A stretch of 32,000 bases of DNA from an archaeon (GTDB lineage Archaea > Iainarchaeota > Iainarchaeia > Iainarchaeales > 1-14-0-10-31-34). Below are positions 1 to 9,313 of this stretch, piece by piece (within the stretch, counting starts at the first letter, position 1; every line of letters starts with the position of its first letter). The stretch is from positions 90,001 to 122,000 of the forward strand of contig JAJRVL010000004.1 of NCBI GenBank assembly GCA_024277355.1, given 5' to 3'. The position numbers and the translations under genes were made by a program. Under the pieces are notes generated by a model that saw only the letters and a list, made by a program, of their open reading frames with translations, was not told the DNA's origin and ran no database searches.

Positions 1-2494
1 CTTCTGCAGTTGAAGAAACACACACATCATAATTTCTGTTTCCAATTAAGTCTCCAGGAACCACATAATCATAATTTATTGTTATATTAGATAAATCCTC
101 AAAACTTAATTCAGAAAAATAAATTGAATTAACTGCTTTTTTTGCTGAAAGATTCTGCAAACTTATTCCTGCTTTAAGATTTGAAACTTTAATTGAATCA
201 ACTATTTCATTTGTTAATGAATCTCTTACAATAACAAAAAAAGAAGATGAATCAACAAAACCATTATTTTGTATTTTTGCAGTTAAACCGACATTTGATC
301 CAGGAGAAACTAATTTTCTATCAAAGTTTGCTTCACTTATTTTTAAGCTTACAAAATTACTGTATTTAAATAAAACTGAAGAAAGATTATTGTTTAATTC
401 ATCTGATTCAGCAAAAGAATTATCATAATCAACAAAAGCAGTAATATTATTTTCTACTTCAGGAATAGAAGAATAAGGCAGAATAAAAGAAAATTCCTGT
501 GATTCTTTTGGATTAATTGAACCAACTAAATCTGAAAAAATAATATTGCTTTCATTTATTTCTTCAATAAAAAAATAAACTTTAACTTGAGGAGAAATAA
601 ATTTACCGTTATTCCTTACTGTCAATAAAACTTTAGCATCTTCTTTTTCAAATAAAACGTCTTTTTCAAAACTAAATGATTCAAGCAGTAAGTCAAATCC
701 ATTATCAATTATTCCATCACCATCATCATCTATTCCGTTTTCTTCTTCTTTTGAAACAACTTTCAAAAACAAGGAATCAGAATCATTGAAAGGATTTCCA
801 TCTGTTTCTGTTCCATAACAATCAGAAGTAATTTTTATTTCTGTTTCACCTGAATTAAATCCAAGTAATTCAGGCATAAAATAAAAACCTGAATTATCTT
901 TTCCTGTTAAATTCCATGAATACAAAGAAGAAACATAGCTTTTTGGAAGAACTTTTTGTTTTCCGTTTACTGTAAATAAATAAGAAAAGCTAACAGATGA
1001 ATCAATAAATTCAAGCAAGGAATCTGAATTAAATACATCTTGTTTACCTGAAAAAACTAAAATTAATTCTTTTTCTTTTTTTTCATCTGAAACATTAACA
1101 CAAAAATTTTTACTGCTGAACTCATTAAAATAATCTTTATTTTCTCCTAATTTTGTCGTAATATCAAAAGGAATTACAATAAAAGAAGGAATTTGTTTTG
1201 AATCAAACCTGAATTTTTTATTTCCCTTTAAGTCAATTACAGGAAAAATTTTTTCATTTGAAGAAGAAAAAATAAATTCAGATAATTCAACTGAATAATC
1301 TGTTTTGCAGTCTTCATCTGTTTTTCCGTCTAAATCATCATCTAATCCATTATAACATAGTTCTTTTATTTCAGGATTAGATGAAACAACATTAAAAGAA
1401 AAAGAACCTGAATTATTATTTTTTGTTGCTTCATGAACTAAATTTAGTTTGTCAACTGAAATACTAAAATTTTCTGTTCCGCTTAAACCAAAAGAAGAAA
1501 CAAAAAAAGTTATTGTTTTTTTTTCGCCTGAATTTAATCCATAAACCATTTTTGATTCAATTGCTTTTCCCTGTGAATCTAAAAGAGAAACAACAAAATC
1601 AGAAGAAATCCCGCTTAAACCATTATTTGAAATAACTGCAGTTACAGGTATTTCTTCTCCTTGATTAATTAATTCAGGGAAATCCAATGAAGAAACAATT
1701 AAATCCGGATAATCAGATGACGCATTAAATAAAACTTCTTTTTGAAGTAAATTATTGTTTTCATTTTGTTCTTCAATTTCAAAAGCAGAATCAATTACTG
1801 CTTCAAAAACATGAGTTCCAGGAAAAACACTTGAATTAAATTCAAATAAAACTTCTTTTGTTTGACTTTGAGTTAAACCAAAAATTCTTTTTTCTCCGAT
1901 TAAAACTTTACCTGAATCAGAATTCAAATATAATGAAACAGTAAACGGCAATGAATCTTTTTTACCTGAATTAACTGTTTTAACTTTAATTTGAGTTGTC
2001 TGTCCTGTTGTAAGTGAATCTGAAACTTCAATTAAAGGAATTAAATCAGGTTTATTTGTTGCAATATTTAAAGCTGAAACTTTTGAATCAAAAACTGAAG
2101 GTTTATTATATTTATCAAATAACACTACTCTGACAGTATAACTTCCATCTTTTGCATCAGTTGAAATACCGCATACATCTTCAATTAAATTTGTTCCTGA
2201 AGTTTTCTGGCAGACTATTCCTGAATAAGTATTGCTTACAATCCAGCCCATTCCATTAACTATTTTAGTGCAGACTGAATTAGATAAATCTGTGTCTTCA
2301 TAAATATCTATTGCATAAGCTAAAGGACAGGAATAATTATAACTGAAATTTACTGGAACTTGTTCTCCTGCAGCAAAATCATAAGTATAATCAGATAAAA
2401 TATTAACAGGTTTATTAGAAATAACTCCTTCAGATAAAGCTGAAACACTGGAAAACAGCATTAAAAAAATTAAAATAATAATTGTATTTTTCAT
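1..2494 (-). CDS. Large secreted protein with CARDB/APHP-like Ig repeats and Asp-rich metal-binding-like motifs; 3' end runs off the window (>=831 aa)
   Basis: Not in the ORF track because no stop lies inside the window. Reverse-strand reading from ATG at 2494 is open in the stretches I translated: MKNTIIILIFLMLFSSVSALSEGVISNKPVNILSDYTYDF... (signal peptide), then repeated CARDB-like phrases (KPDLIPLIEVSDSLTTGQTTQIKVKTVNSGK; YPDLIVSSLDFPELINQGEEIPVTAVISNNG) and ENGIDDDGDGIIDNG / CYNGLDDDLDGKTDEDC. Confidence 0.8.
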   Translation of the reverse strand, partial: MKNTIIILIFLMLFSSVSALSEGVISNKPVNILSDYTYDFAAGEQVPVNFSYNYSCPLAYAIDIYEDTDLSNSVCTKIVNGMGWIVSNTYSGIVCQKTSGTNLIEDVCGISTDAKDGSYTVRVVLFDKYNKPSVFDSKVSALNIATNKPDLIPLIEVSDSLTTGQTTQIKVKTVNSGKKDSLPFTVSLYLNSDSGKVLIGEKRIFGLTQSQTKEVLFEFNSSVFPGTHVFEAVIDSAFEIEEQNENNNLLQKEVLFNASSDYPDLIVSSLDFPELINQGEEIPVTAVISNNGLSGISSDFVVSLLDSQGKAIESKMVYGLNSGEKKTITFFVSSFGLSGTENFSISVDKLNLVHEATKNNNSGSFSFNVVSSNPEIKELCYNGLDDDLDGKTDEDCKTDYSVELSEFIFSSSNEKIFPVIDLKGNKKFRFDSKQIPSFIVIPFDITTKLGENKDYFNEFSSKNFCVNVSDEKKEKELILVFSGKQDVFNSDSLLEFIDSSVSFSYLFTVNGKQKVLPKSYVSSLYSWNLTGKDNSGFYFMPELLGFNSGETEIKITSDCYGTETDGNPFNDSDSLFLKVVSKEEENGIDDDGDGIIDNGFDLLLESFSFEKDVLFEKEDAKVLLTVRNNGKFISPQVKVYFFIEEINESNIIFSDLVGSINPKESQEFSFILPYSSIPEVENNITAFVDYDNSFAESDELNNNLSSVLFKYSNFVSLKISEANFDRKLVSPGSNVGLTAKIQNNGFVDSSSFFVIVRDSLTNEIVDSIKVSNLKAGISLQNLSAKKAVNSIYFSELSFEDLSNITINYDYVVPGDLIGNRNYDVCVSSTAE

Positions 2495-2538
2495 ATTCCT
2501 TCACTTAATAGTTAATTTTATTCTTAATAAACTTTATC

Positions 2539-3762
2539 TTAACTCAACTCCTGCTTATTTTTCAGTTCAGTCATCCTATTTTCAAGTTTATCTAATTCTC
2601 TGTTATAATTTTCATACTGCTCTAAATAAACATCTCTTGAAATAATTTGTTTATTGAAATAATCATCCTGTAATTTTTTCATTAAAATCAATAATTTTTT
2701 TCTTTCTCTTTTATAAAAAATTCTTCTTACAAAAGTTTTTCCTTCTTTAAATGAAACAAAAATAACATAAAAAATGAATATTACAGGAAAAATATATACA
2801 ATTGCATTTTGTGCAATAAAATAATATAAATGGCCTTTTGGCTCTAAACTTAAAGCTAAATTCCCTGAATTAAAATACTGGTCTTCAGCTAAAACATTAA
2901 CATAAAATATTTCTGCATTTAAATCTTCAGTTGAAATTACAATAAAATAATTGCCTGACTCATTTTTCTGCAAATTAAATTTTTCATTATTATATTCAAC
3001 CCAAACTTTTGCATCAGGTACCGAAACATTATCAGAATAAATCGGTTTAACTTCTAATATTAATGGACTGCCAAAATTAAATTCATTAATTAAAGGTTTA
3101 ATTAACTGGATTTTAATTGGAACAAGCCTTACATTAAAAGAAACAATATTGCTTCCTCCATTTTTTTCTTTAGTTCCTGAAAGAGCTGTAACCATTAAAC
3201 CTTTTTTTTCTATTGCAGCATCAACAGGAATATTTATGTTTTCATAATAATAAATTCCGTTTCCTTCAAAATACATTCTTATTTTATTTCCATTAAAGTC
3301 CCAAAAATAAACTGTTGCATTATTTACAGAAATTCCTGCATCAGTTACTTTAACTCTTACATCAAATGACTGAGTTCTAAAATAAGAAGAACTAGCAGGA
3401 CTAATAAAATCAACTCTAAGGTATTCGCATTTAACTGAACTGTTAACTCTAAACCTTAATTCTTTTTCTTCTTCCTGATCTTTAACTAAAACAACCCAGT
3501 CTCCTGAAGGATCATTGCATGAAATAAAATGCTTAAAAGAAAAAAAACCTTTTTCATCAGGTTCAATTACAGCATTTAATACTGTTTTGTTTCCAGGCAA
3601 AGCATAAACCAAAAAATTAATTTTTCCTGTAGAAGAACCATTTAAGTCCATAAATTCTCCTTTTTCATAGCTCCCTTTTGGAAGTTCAACTGATAAAGAA
3701 GAAACAAAAGAAACAAAGAAAAACAAAAAAAATACAAAAAGAATTTTATTTTTTAATCCCAT
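2539..3762 (-). CDS. Secreted/type I membrane protein, Ig-like ectodomain, C-terminal TM and cytoplasmic coiled-coil tail (407 aa)
   Basis: Signal peptide MGLKNKILFVFFLFFFVSFVSS; TM IVYIFPVIFIFYVIFVSF; charged helical tail KKLLILMKKLQDDYFNKQIISRDVYLEQYENYNRELDKLE. Confidence 0.8.
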   Translation of the reverse strand: MGLKNKILFVFFLFFFVSFVSSLSVELPKGSYEKGEFMDLNGSSTGKINFLVYALPGNKTVLNAVIEPDEKGFFSFKHFISCNDPSGDWVVLVKDQEEEKELRFRVNSSVKCEYLRVDFISPASSSYFRTQSFDVRVKVTDAGISVNNATVYFWDFNGNKIRMYFEGNGIYYYENINIPVDAAIEKKGLMVTALSGTKEKNGGSNIVSFNVRLVPIKIQLIKPLINEFNFGSPLILEVKPIYSDNVSVPDAKVWVEYNNEKFNLQKNESGNYFIVISTEDLNAEIFYVNVLAEDQYFNSGNLALSLEPKGHLYYFIAQNAIVYIFPVIFIFYVIFVSFKEGKTFVRRIFYKRERKKLLILMKKLQDDYFNKQIISRDVYLEQYENYNRELDKLENRMTELKNKQELS

Positions 3763-3791
3763 AAATCATCAACTTCCTTCTTTTTTTTCTT

Positions 3792-5909
3792 TTAAACTGC
3801 TTTCTTTAAGTGTGTTTCATTTTCTTTTTTTTCTGGTTGTTCTTCTGATTTTTTTTCGGTTTCTTTTGCTTTTTTTGGCATTGAAAATAATCCAGGAATC
3901 TCTTCATCTCCCTGAACTTTAAAAGTATTTTGTTTTTTTCCGTCTTTTACTTTAAACATTGATTCTAATTCTTTATCATCAAATGAATCTTCTACTTTTT
4001 TTCTTTCACCAAAAACTTCTTCATCTTCAACATCTTTAATTCCTTCTGTTTCCTGAGTTTTCTTAAACGATTCAATTGCTGAATCAATATCTCTTAACTC
4101 AGAAGAATACTGAGACAATAAAGAATAATATTGTTCGTTTCCAACTGCGCCTAAATTAAAGTATTTTTCCTGTAAATCGCTTTTTAATTTTTCCAGATCC
4201 TTTTTTCTTTTTTTCAGTGAACTTAACCTGTCCATTCTTTTTCTTATAACTATAATAACTACAATAATAAAAACAAAAGCAAAAATAACTGAAAGAAACA
4301 ATAAAGGATTTTCTCTGAAATAATACTCTAAAGTTAATTCTCCAGTTACTTCAAATAATTTAGTAAAAGTAATTGAATTACCAAAAGCATCTGATGCTTT
4401 AACATTTAATAATAATTGTCTTGCTTCAGATAAATCTTCATTATTTACAACATAAGAAAAATAAAATACTCCTTGTTCTTTTTCTGCTGCAAAAATATTT
4501 TTATCATTTATTTTAATTGAAACTTTAGCTTTGTTTAATGGTTTTCCATTTTCATAAGAAAATTTTAATTTAAATTTTAATTCTTCACCTAAAGCAGCTG
4601 TTTCTTTTTTTGGTTCAAGCAAAACAGGAATAATTTTTGCATTATCCACTGTAATAGTTAATTCATTTGAACCCCCGTATTTAATTGAACCAATTGTTTT
4701 TCTTGCATTAATTAAAATTTTTTGTTCACCTAAAGGAAAATCAAACGGAATTAAATAAGACAAAGAATATTTTCCATTTGAAACCATTCTTAAATCAACT
4801 TCTTTTCCATCAGGAAACAAAGCAATTACATCTGCATCTTCAACTGGTTTTTCATCAAACAATATATCCACTAAAAGTTTTATTTCCTGTCCTCGTCCAT
4901 AAAGTTTTTCATAATCAGAAAAAGTTACATCCATAAAAATTGTTCCGGTTTCCCTGCTTACAATAATATTTTTTTCTTTTAAGCCTTCGTTGTCAAAAGA
5001 ATCTGCTCCTGAAACTCTTAAAATCCAGTTTCCTTCAGGATAAATTAAACTTGTTCTCTGCTCTAAAGAAAAAAATCCGTTTTCATCTGATTTAGTTTTA
5101 TTTTCAAGAATTTTTATGCCTTTATTTAAAGCAGAAACAGTAATTACAGTTGAAATTGGTTTGCCTCTTTTAAATAATCTTCCATTAAAATTAATTATTT
5201 CTCCTAAAACAAAATTATTTTTATCTATTTCAAAATTTAAATCAAGAGAAGGATTAACTTTAACAATAAAATTTTTTACTGCACTAACTCCTAATTTTTC
5301 TGCATAAATTTCTGAAGCATAATCTGCTTTAACTGTTAATTCTGAAACCAAAAAACTTACTCCATAAACTCCATCATGTTCTTTTCCATCTAAATGATTT
5401 CCATCATCATACATTGGAATATCTCCTGCAAAAGTTTTAACCCTAACATTTGCATTTCTTGCAGTTACGCCGTCAGCTTTAACTTTAGCTTTAAATGTAA
5501 TTTCATCTCCCCTCAAAAAAATATTTGAGTCAGCTGGTTCAAGTAATTCAATTGTAATTGTTGTTGGAGCACAATCAGAATCACAGTTAGCAAAATCTTC
5601 TCCTGATTCACAAATATTGTTTCCGCAGCAATAATATTTTATTTGAGCACGGCATAAACCAGTTAAACAACTGTATTCTTTACATACGTCTCCCTGTACA
5701 TCCCCTGAACAAGTTCCGCAGTCACCAGAACAAGTGCATTTATCTTCGCCTGAATCACAGGTTCCATTATTATTGCAAGTAGATAAATCCCATATTAAAG
5801 GAGTATAATTATTAAATAATTCAGCAAAACCTACTGGAAGCAGTAAAAGCAAAAAAATTAATCCAAAAACACTAATTTTATTCATTAAACATTTCACCGC
5901 AAACTTCAA
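3792..5909 (-). CDS. Secreted/type I membrane protein with N-terminal Cys-rich repeats, Ig-like domains, TM and cytoplasmic coiled-coil tail (705 aa)
   Basis: Signal peptide; CNNNGTCDSGEDKCTCSGDC and CCGNNICESGEDFANCDSDC; TM PLLFLSVIFAFVFIIVVIIVI; tail resembles that of the 407-aa neighbour. Confidence 0.8.
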   Translation of the reverse strand: MKFAVKCLMNKISVFGLIFLLLLLPVGFAELFNNYTPLIWDLSTCNNNGTCDSGEDKCTCSGDCGTCSGDVQGDVCKEYSCLTGLCRAQIKYYCCGNNICESGEDFANCDSDCAPTTITIELLEPADSNIFLRGDEITFKAKVKADGVTARNANVRVKTFAGDIPMYDDGNHLDGKEHDGVYGVSFLVSELTVKADYASEIYAEKLGVSAVKNFIVKVNPSLDLNFEIDKNNFVLGEIINFNGRLFKRGKPISTVITVSALNKGIKILENKTKSDENGFFSLEQRTSLIYPEGNWILRVSGADSFDNEGLKEKNIIVSRETGTIFMDVTFSDYEKLYGRGQEIKLLVDILFDEKPVEDADVIALFPDGKEVDLRMVSNGKYSLSYLIPFDFPLGEQKILINARKTIGSIKYGGSNELTITVDNAKIIPVLLEPKKETAALGEELKFKLKFSYENGKPLNKAKVSIKINDKNIFAAEKEQGVFYFSYVVNNEDLSEARQLLLNVKASDAFGNSITFTKLFEVTGELTLEYYFRENPLLFLSVIFAFVFIIVVIIVIRKRMDRLSSLKKRKKDLEKLKSDLQEKYFNLGAVGNEQYYSLLSQYSSELRDIDSAIESFKKTQETEGIKDVEDEEVFGERKKVEDSFDDKELESMFKVKDGKKQNTFKVQGDEEIPGLFSMPKKAKETEKKSEEQPEKKENETHLKKAV

Positions 5910-5944
5910 TTAAATTTATTTCAAAAAATTCATTCATTAATTTT

Positions 5945-6796
5945 TCACCACAAAATTTCATCTGTTTTCTTTTTTTCTTTTACTTTTTCAAAAGTTACGC
6001 CTTTATCAGTTAAAGAATAAGGAAGCAAAGTTTTTGAGTGATTAGTACAACGCATTTTCAGTATTTCCACTGCTCTTCTTCTTGAATTACCTGTTTTAAC
6101 ATTATATAATACTATTACGCCGTCAGCTAAAAATTCTTCTATTCCTGTTCTTGAATAAATTCCTGGGTCTTGTTCAGTTTCAGAAATAATAAAATTAACT
6201 GAATCATACTGGTTTAATGAATCAAACATATGCTTAATGTAATACCTGTAATTTTCAGAGTTCCCCATGAATGCAACACTTAAAGCAGACAAAGAATCAA
6301 CTACAATTTTATCAGGAACAAAAGGCAATTCAAGCTGTTCAACCTGAACCAATAAAGCTCTTCTTTGTTTTAATAAAGAAGCTTCAACACTTCTTGCAAT
6401 TTTAAATGGATTAATTTTTAATACAGCAAATTTTCCTTTTTCTTCAAATTTAGCTAAATCCCAGCCATAATTGTTTCTCATATGTCTTTTGAGTTTTTCT
6501 GCTGTTTCTTCAAATAAAATATAAACTGCTTTTTCTCCTTTTAATAAACTGTGATACAAAGACTGCATACAAAAAGTGCTTTTTCCTGTTCCGCATCCGC
6601 CTGAAATCAAAATAGTTGAACCTCTTTCAATGCCTCCTGCATCTAAATGAGAATCAAATTCAGCAACTCTTACAGGCAAAAACTCAATTTTTTCTTTTCT
6701 TTTCTGCCTTCTTTCCTTCATATCCTCTAATTCTTCTTCTTCAATACTTCCAGGTTCAATTTCTTCTTTTCCTGCAAACTTAATTCCAAAAGGCAT
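5945..6796 (-). CDS. KaiC/GvpD/RadA-like RecA-superfamily ATPase (single domain, 283 aa)
   Basis: Walker A GGCGTGKSTFC, Walker B-like PDKIVVDSLSAL, N-terminal DSHLDAGGIERGSTILISGG typical of KaiC-like ATPases. Confidence 0.8.
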   Translation of the reverse strand: MPFGIKFAGKEEIEPGSIEEEELEDMKERRQKRKEKIEFLPVRVAEFDSHLDAGGIERGSTILISGGCGTGKSTFCMQSLYHSLLKGEKAVYILFEETAEKLKRHMRNNYGWDLAKFEEKGKFAVLKINPFKIARSVEASLLKQRRALLVQVEQLELPFVPDKIVVDSLSALSVAFMGNSENYRYYIKHMFDSLNQYDSVNFIISETEQDPGIYSRTGIEEFLADGVIVLYNVKTGNSRRRAVEILKMRCTNHSKTLLPYSLTDKGVTFEKVKEKKKTDEILW

Positions 6797-6942
6797 ATTA
6801 TCCCTTTTAATAAAGCACTAAACTAATATAAAAAGCTATCTAAAAAGTATATAATAAATATATATTAAATAAATCAGGAAAATTAGGTTAAGTTAAGCTA
6901 AAAACATTCCTTATTATTAAATTTGCTTTCTTTTATTTTTTG

Positions 6943-8097
6943 ATGTCAGTAGAAAAAATTAAAATAAATGACAAAGAAATAATTTTAGTTGGTACAGCAC
7001 ATATTTCAGAGAAAAGCGTTGAATTAGTTTCAGAAACCATTGAAAAAGAAAATCCTGATTCAGTTGGAATTGAATTAGACTTCCAGCGATTTAAGCAGTT
7101 AAAATCAGGAAAAAAATGGAGTGAAACTAATATTTCTTTTATAGTAAAATCAGGACAAACTTATTTGTTTTTAATTAACTTAATGCTTGCAAACATGCAG
7201 AGAAAATTAGGAGACGAATTAGGAATTAAACCAGGAGCAGAAATGATTCAGGCATATGAAATTGCAAAAGAAAAAAACCTTAAAATTGAATTATTAGACA
7301 GAGACGTCCAGATAACTTTAAAGAGAGCTTTTGCATTTACAGGTTTAATGGAAAAAATGAAAATAATCTGGCATGTTATTTCAGGTTTTTTTTCTGAAAA
7401 AGAAGAATTAACAAAAGAAAAAATTGAATCATTAAAAGAAAAAGATGTAATGACTGAATTAATGAAAGAACTTTCAAATACTGCTCCTACAATAAAAAAA
7501 GTTTTAGTTGATGAAAGAGATTTATTTATTGCAAACAGAATCATAAATTCAGATTCAAAAAAAATTGTTGCAGTAGTCGGTGCAGGCCATTTAGAAGGAA
7601 TAAAAAAAGCTTTAAATGAAAAAGTGGATTTAAAGCCTTTAATGGTTGTTCCCAAAAAAAAATCTGTTTTAGGAACAATACTCAAATATTCTATTCCTGC
7701 ATTATTTATTGCATTTTTAGTTTATGCTTTTTATAATAAAGGAATTAATGCTTCAGTTGAATTAATTGTTTTATGGTTTGCTATAACAGGAATTTTTTCT
7801 GCTTTAGGCGCTTTATTAGCCAGAGCTCATCCAATGTCAATTTTAGCTGCTTTTATTGCTGCGCCATTTACTACTTTGCATCCTGCTTTGGCCGCAGGAT
7901 GGTTTGCAGGAGCAACAGAAATAAAATTTAATTCTCCTAAAGTAAAAGATTTTGAGTCATTAAATAAATTAGATTCAGTTAATGCCTTTTATTCAAATAA
8001 AGTCACAAAAATTCTACTTGTAACTGCATTAACTAATCTTGGAGCTACAATTGGAGTAGTTATTGCTTTGCCTTATATTTTAAGTATTTTAACTTAA
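6943..8097 (+). CDS. TraB/PrgY family membrane protein
   Basis: GTAHISEKSVELV...VGIELDFQRF...VVGAGHLEGIKKAL followed by a C-terminal multi-TM region. The track starts at TTG 6940; ATG at 6943 is preferred. Confidence 0.85.
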   Translation: MSVEKIKINDKEIILVGTAHISEKSVELVSETIEKENPDSVGIELDFQRFKQLKSGKKWSETNISFIVKSGQTYLFLINLMLANMQRKLGDELGIKPGAEMIQAYEIAKEKNLKIELLDRDVQITLKRAFAFTGLMEKMKIIWHVISGFFSEKEELTKEKIESLKEKDVMTELMKELSNTAPTIKKVLVDERDLFIANRIINSDSKKIVAVVGAGHLEGIKKALNEKVDLKPLMVVPKKKSVLGTILKYSIPALFIAFLVYAFYNKGINASVELIVLWFAITGIFSALGALLARAHPMSILAAFIAAPFTTLHPALAAGWFAGATEIKFNSPKVKDFESLNKLDSVNAFYSNKVTKILLVTALTNLGATIGVVIALPYILSILT

Positions 8098-9233
8098 TGT
8101 TTATGCACTTTTGATTCATGCAGTTTTATATCGCCGCAAACTTTACAGTGTTTTTTGATTCTTTCTAATGCAATTTGTCTTGCTGCATGTCTTGGATAAA
8201 TTTTTTCTTCTTCTGCTTTTTCTAAAACCAGTTTAGTGTTTCTTTCTATTTTTTCTTTTACTAATTCAAACATTTCTTTTTCATTTCCATTAATATATTC
8301 AACATAAGAAGAAATTACTCCTCCTGCATTAGCAACAAAATCAGGAACAATCAAAACTCCTTTTTCATGCAATGCTCTTTCAACATGAGTTGCAATAGGA
8401 ATATTGCTTCCTTCAACAATCAATTTTGCTTTAACTTTATCCATGTTTTCTGCTGTAATTACATTTGGTATTGCAGCAGTAATAATTACATCTACATCTA
8501 ATTCAAATAATTCATGCGAATACATTTTTTTTGCGTCATCATATTCAAAAATAGTTTTTTTTTCCTGATTTACTTTAACTAATTTTTCGTAATCTAATCC
8601 TTTTTCATTGTAAATACATCCGTTTACATCAGATACAGCATGAATTTTTGCGCCTTCTTCGTGCAGAAATTTTGCTGCAAAGCTTCCTACATTGCCAAAT
8701 CCTTCAATTGCAATTTTTGCTTTTTTTAAATCTATTTTTGCGTGTTTTGCACCAATTTTTGCTGCTAAAAATACTCCATAACCAGTTGAACCTAATTCAT
8801 GAGGCAGTCCTCCCATTAAAGAAGGTTTTCCTGTAACTGAATTGTTTTTTCCATTTGTTTCAGCATAAATTTTCATTTCGTTTTCTCCCATACTGATATC
8901 AGGAGCAGAAACATAATGTTCAGGCGAAACAACTTTTAGTGCTTCAGCAAAAGCTTTAACGATTTCAGCTTTTTTTTCAGGAGAAATTTTTCTTGGGTCA
9001 GCTACAATTCCTGCTTTTGCTCCGCCAAAAGGAAGTTCAGCTAAAGCATTTTTCAAAGTCATAGTTCTTGCTAATTTTAATACTTCTTCAGGAGAAACAG
9101 TAGGCGTCATTCTTATTCCGCCTTTTCCCGGACCAAAAGTAGTGTTGTCAATTACAACAAATCCTTTCATTCCAACTTTAGGATTATAAACCTGTAAAAC
9201 TTTTTCAGGACCTATTTCATCAAATTCAATCAT
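8094..9233 (-). CDS. Glu/Leu/Phe/Val dehydrogenase family protein
   Basis: GPGKGGIRMTPTVSPEEVLKLARTMTLKNALAELPFGGAKAGI; Rossmann motif IEGFGNVGSFAAKFL; PDFVANAGGV. ATG at 9233 is preceded by AAAGGTGG (SD-like); the track start at 9242 is GTG. Confidence 0.88.
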   Translation of the reverse strand: MIEFDEIGPEKVLQVYNPKVGMKGFVVIDNTTFGPGKGGIRMTPTVSPEEVLKLARTMTLKNALAELPFGGAKAGIVADPRKISPEKKAEIVKAFAEALKVVSPEHYVSAPDISMGENEMKIYAETNGKNNSVTGKPSLMGGLPHELGSTGYGVFLAAKIGAKHAKIDLKKAKIAIEGFGNVGSFAAKFLHEEGAKIHAVSDVNGCIYNEKGLDYEKLVKVNQEKKTIFEYDDAKKMYSHELFELDVDVIITAAIPNVITAENMDKVKAKLIVEGSNIPIATHVERALHEKGVLIVPDFVANAGGVISSYVEYINGNEKEMFELVKEKIERNTKLVLEKAEEEKIYPRHAARQIALERIKKHCKVCGDIKLHESKVHKH

Positions 9234-9313
9234 AATTTCCACCTTTAACTGCCTTTATAAAAAAACAATCAATAAAAAGATTTAAAAAACAGAGAGATGT
9301 TAGGACAGCCTAA

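Noticed and set aside
5116-5307. Plus-strand ORF (63 aa) inside the 705-aa minus-strand gene
   Set aside because: Fully antisense to a well-supported CDS with a signal peptide, TM and a paralogous tail; no recognisable motif.
5945-6796. KaiC-like gene considered as archaellum ArlH
   Set aside because: No archaellin, ArlI or ArlJ genes are visible nearby, and neighbouring genes are single-TM surface proteins; family-level call only.
6797-6939. TATATAATAAATATATATTA stretch as a regulatory palindrome
   Set aside because: Likely just the TATA-rich divergent promoter region between the KaiC-like and TraB genes; symmetry is what such AT-rich sequence gives by chance.
7248-7685. Minus-strand ORF (145 aa) inside the TraB gene
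   Set aside because: Antisense shadow of a conserved family; composition typical of the complement of Lys/Glu-rich coding.
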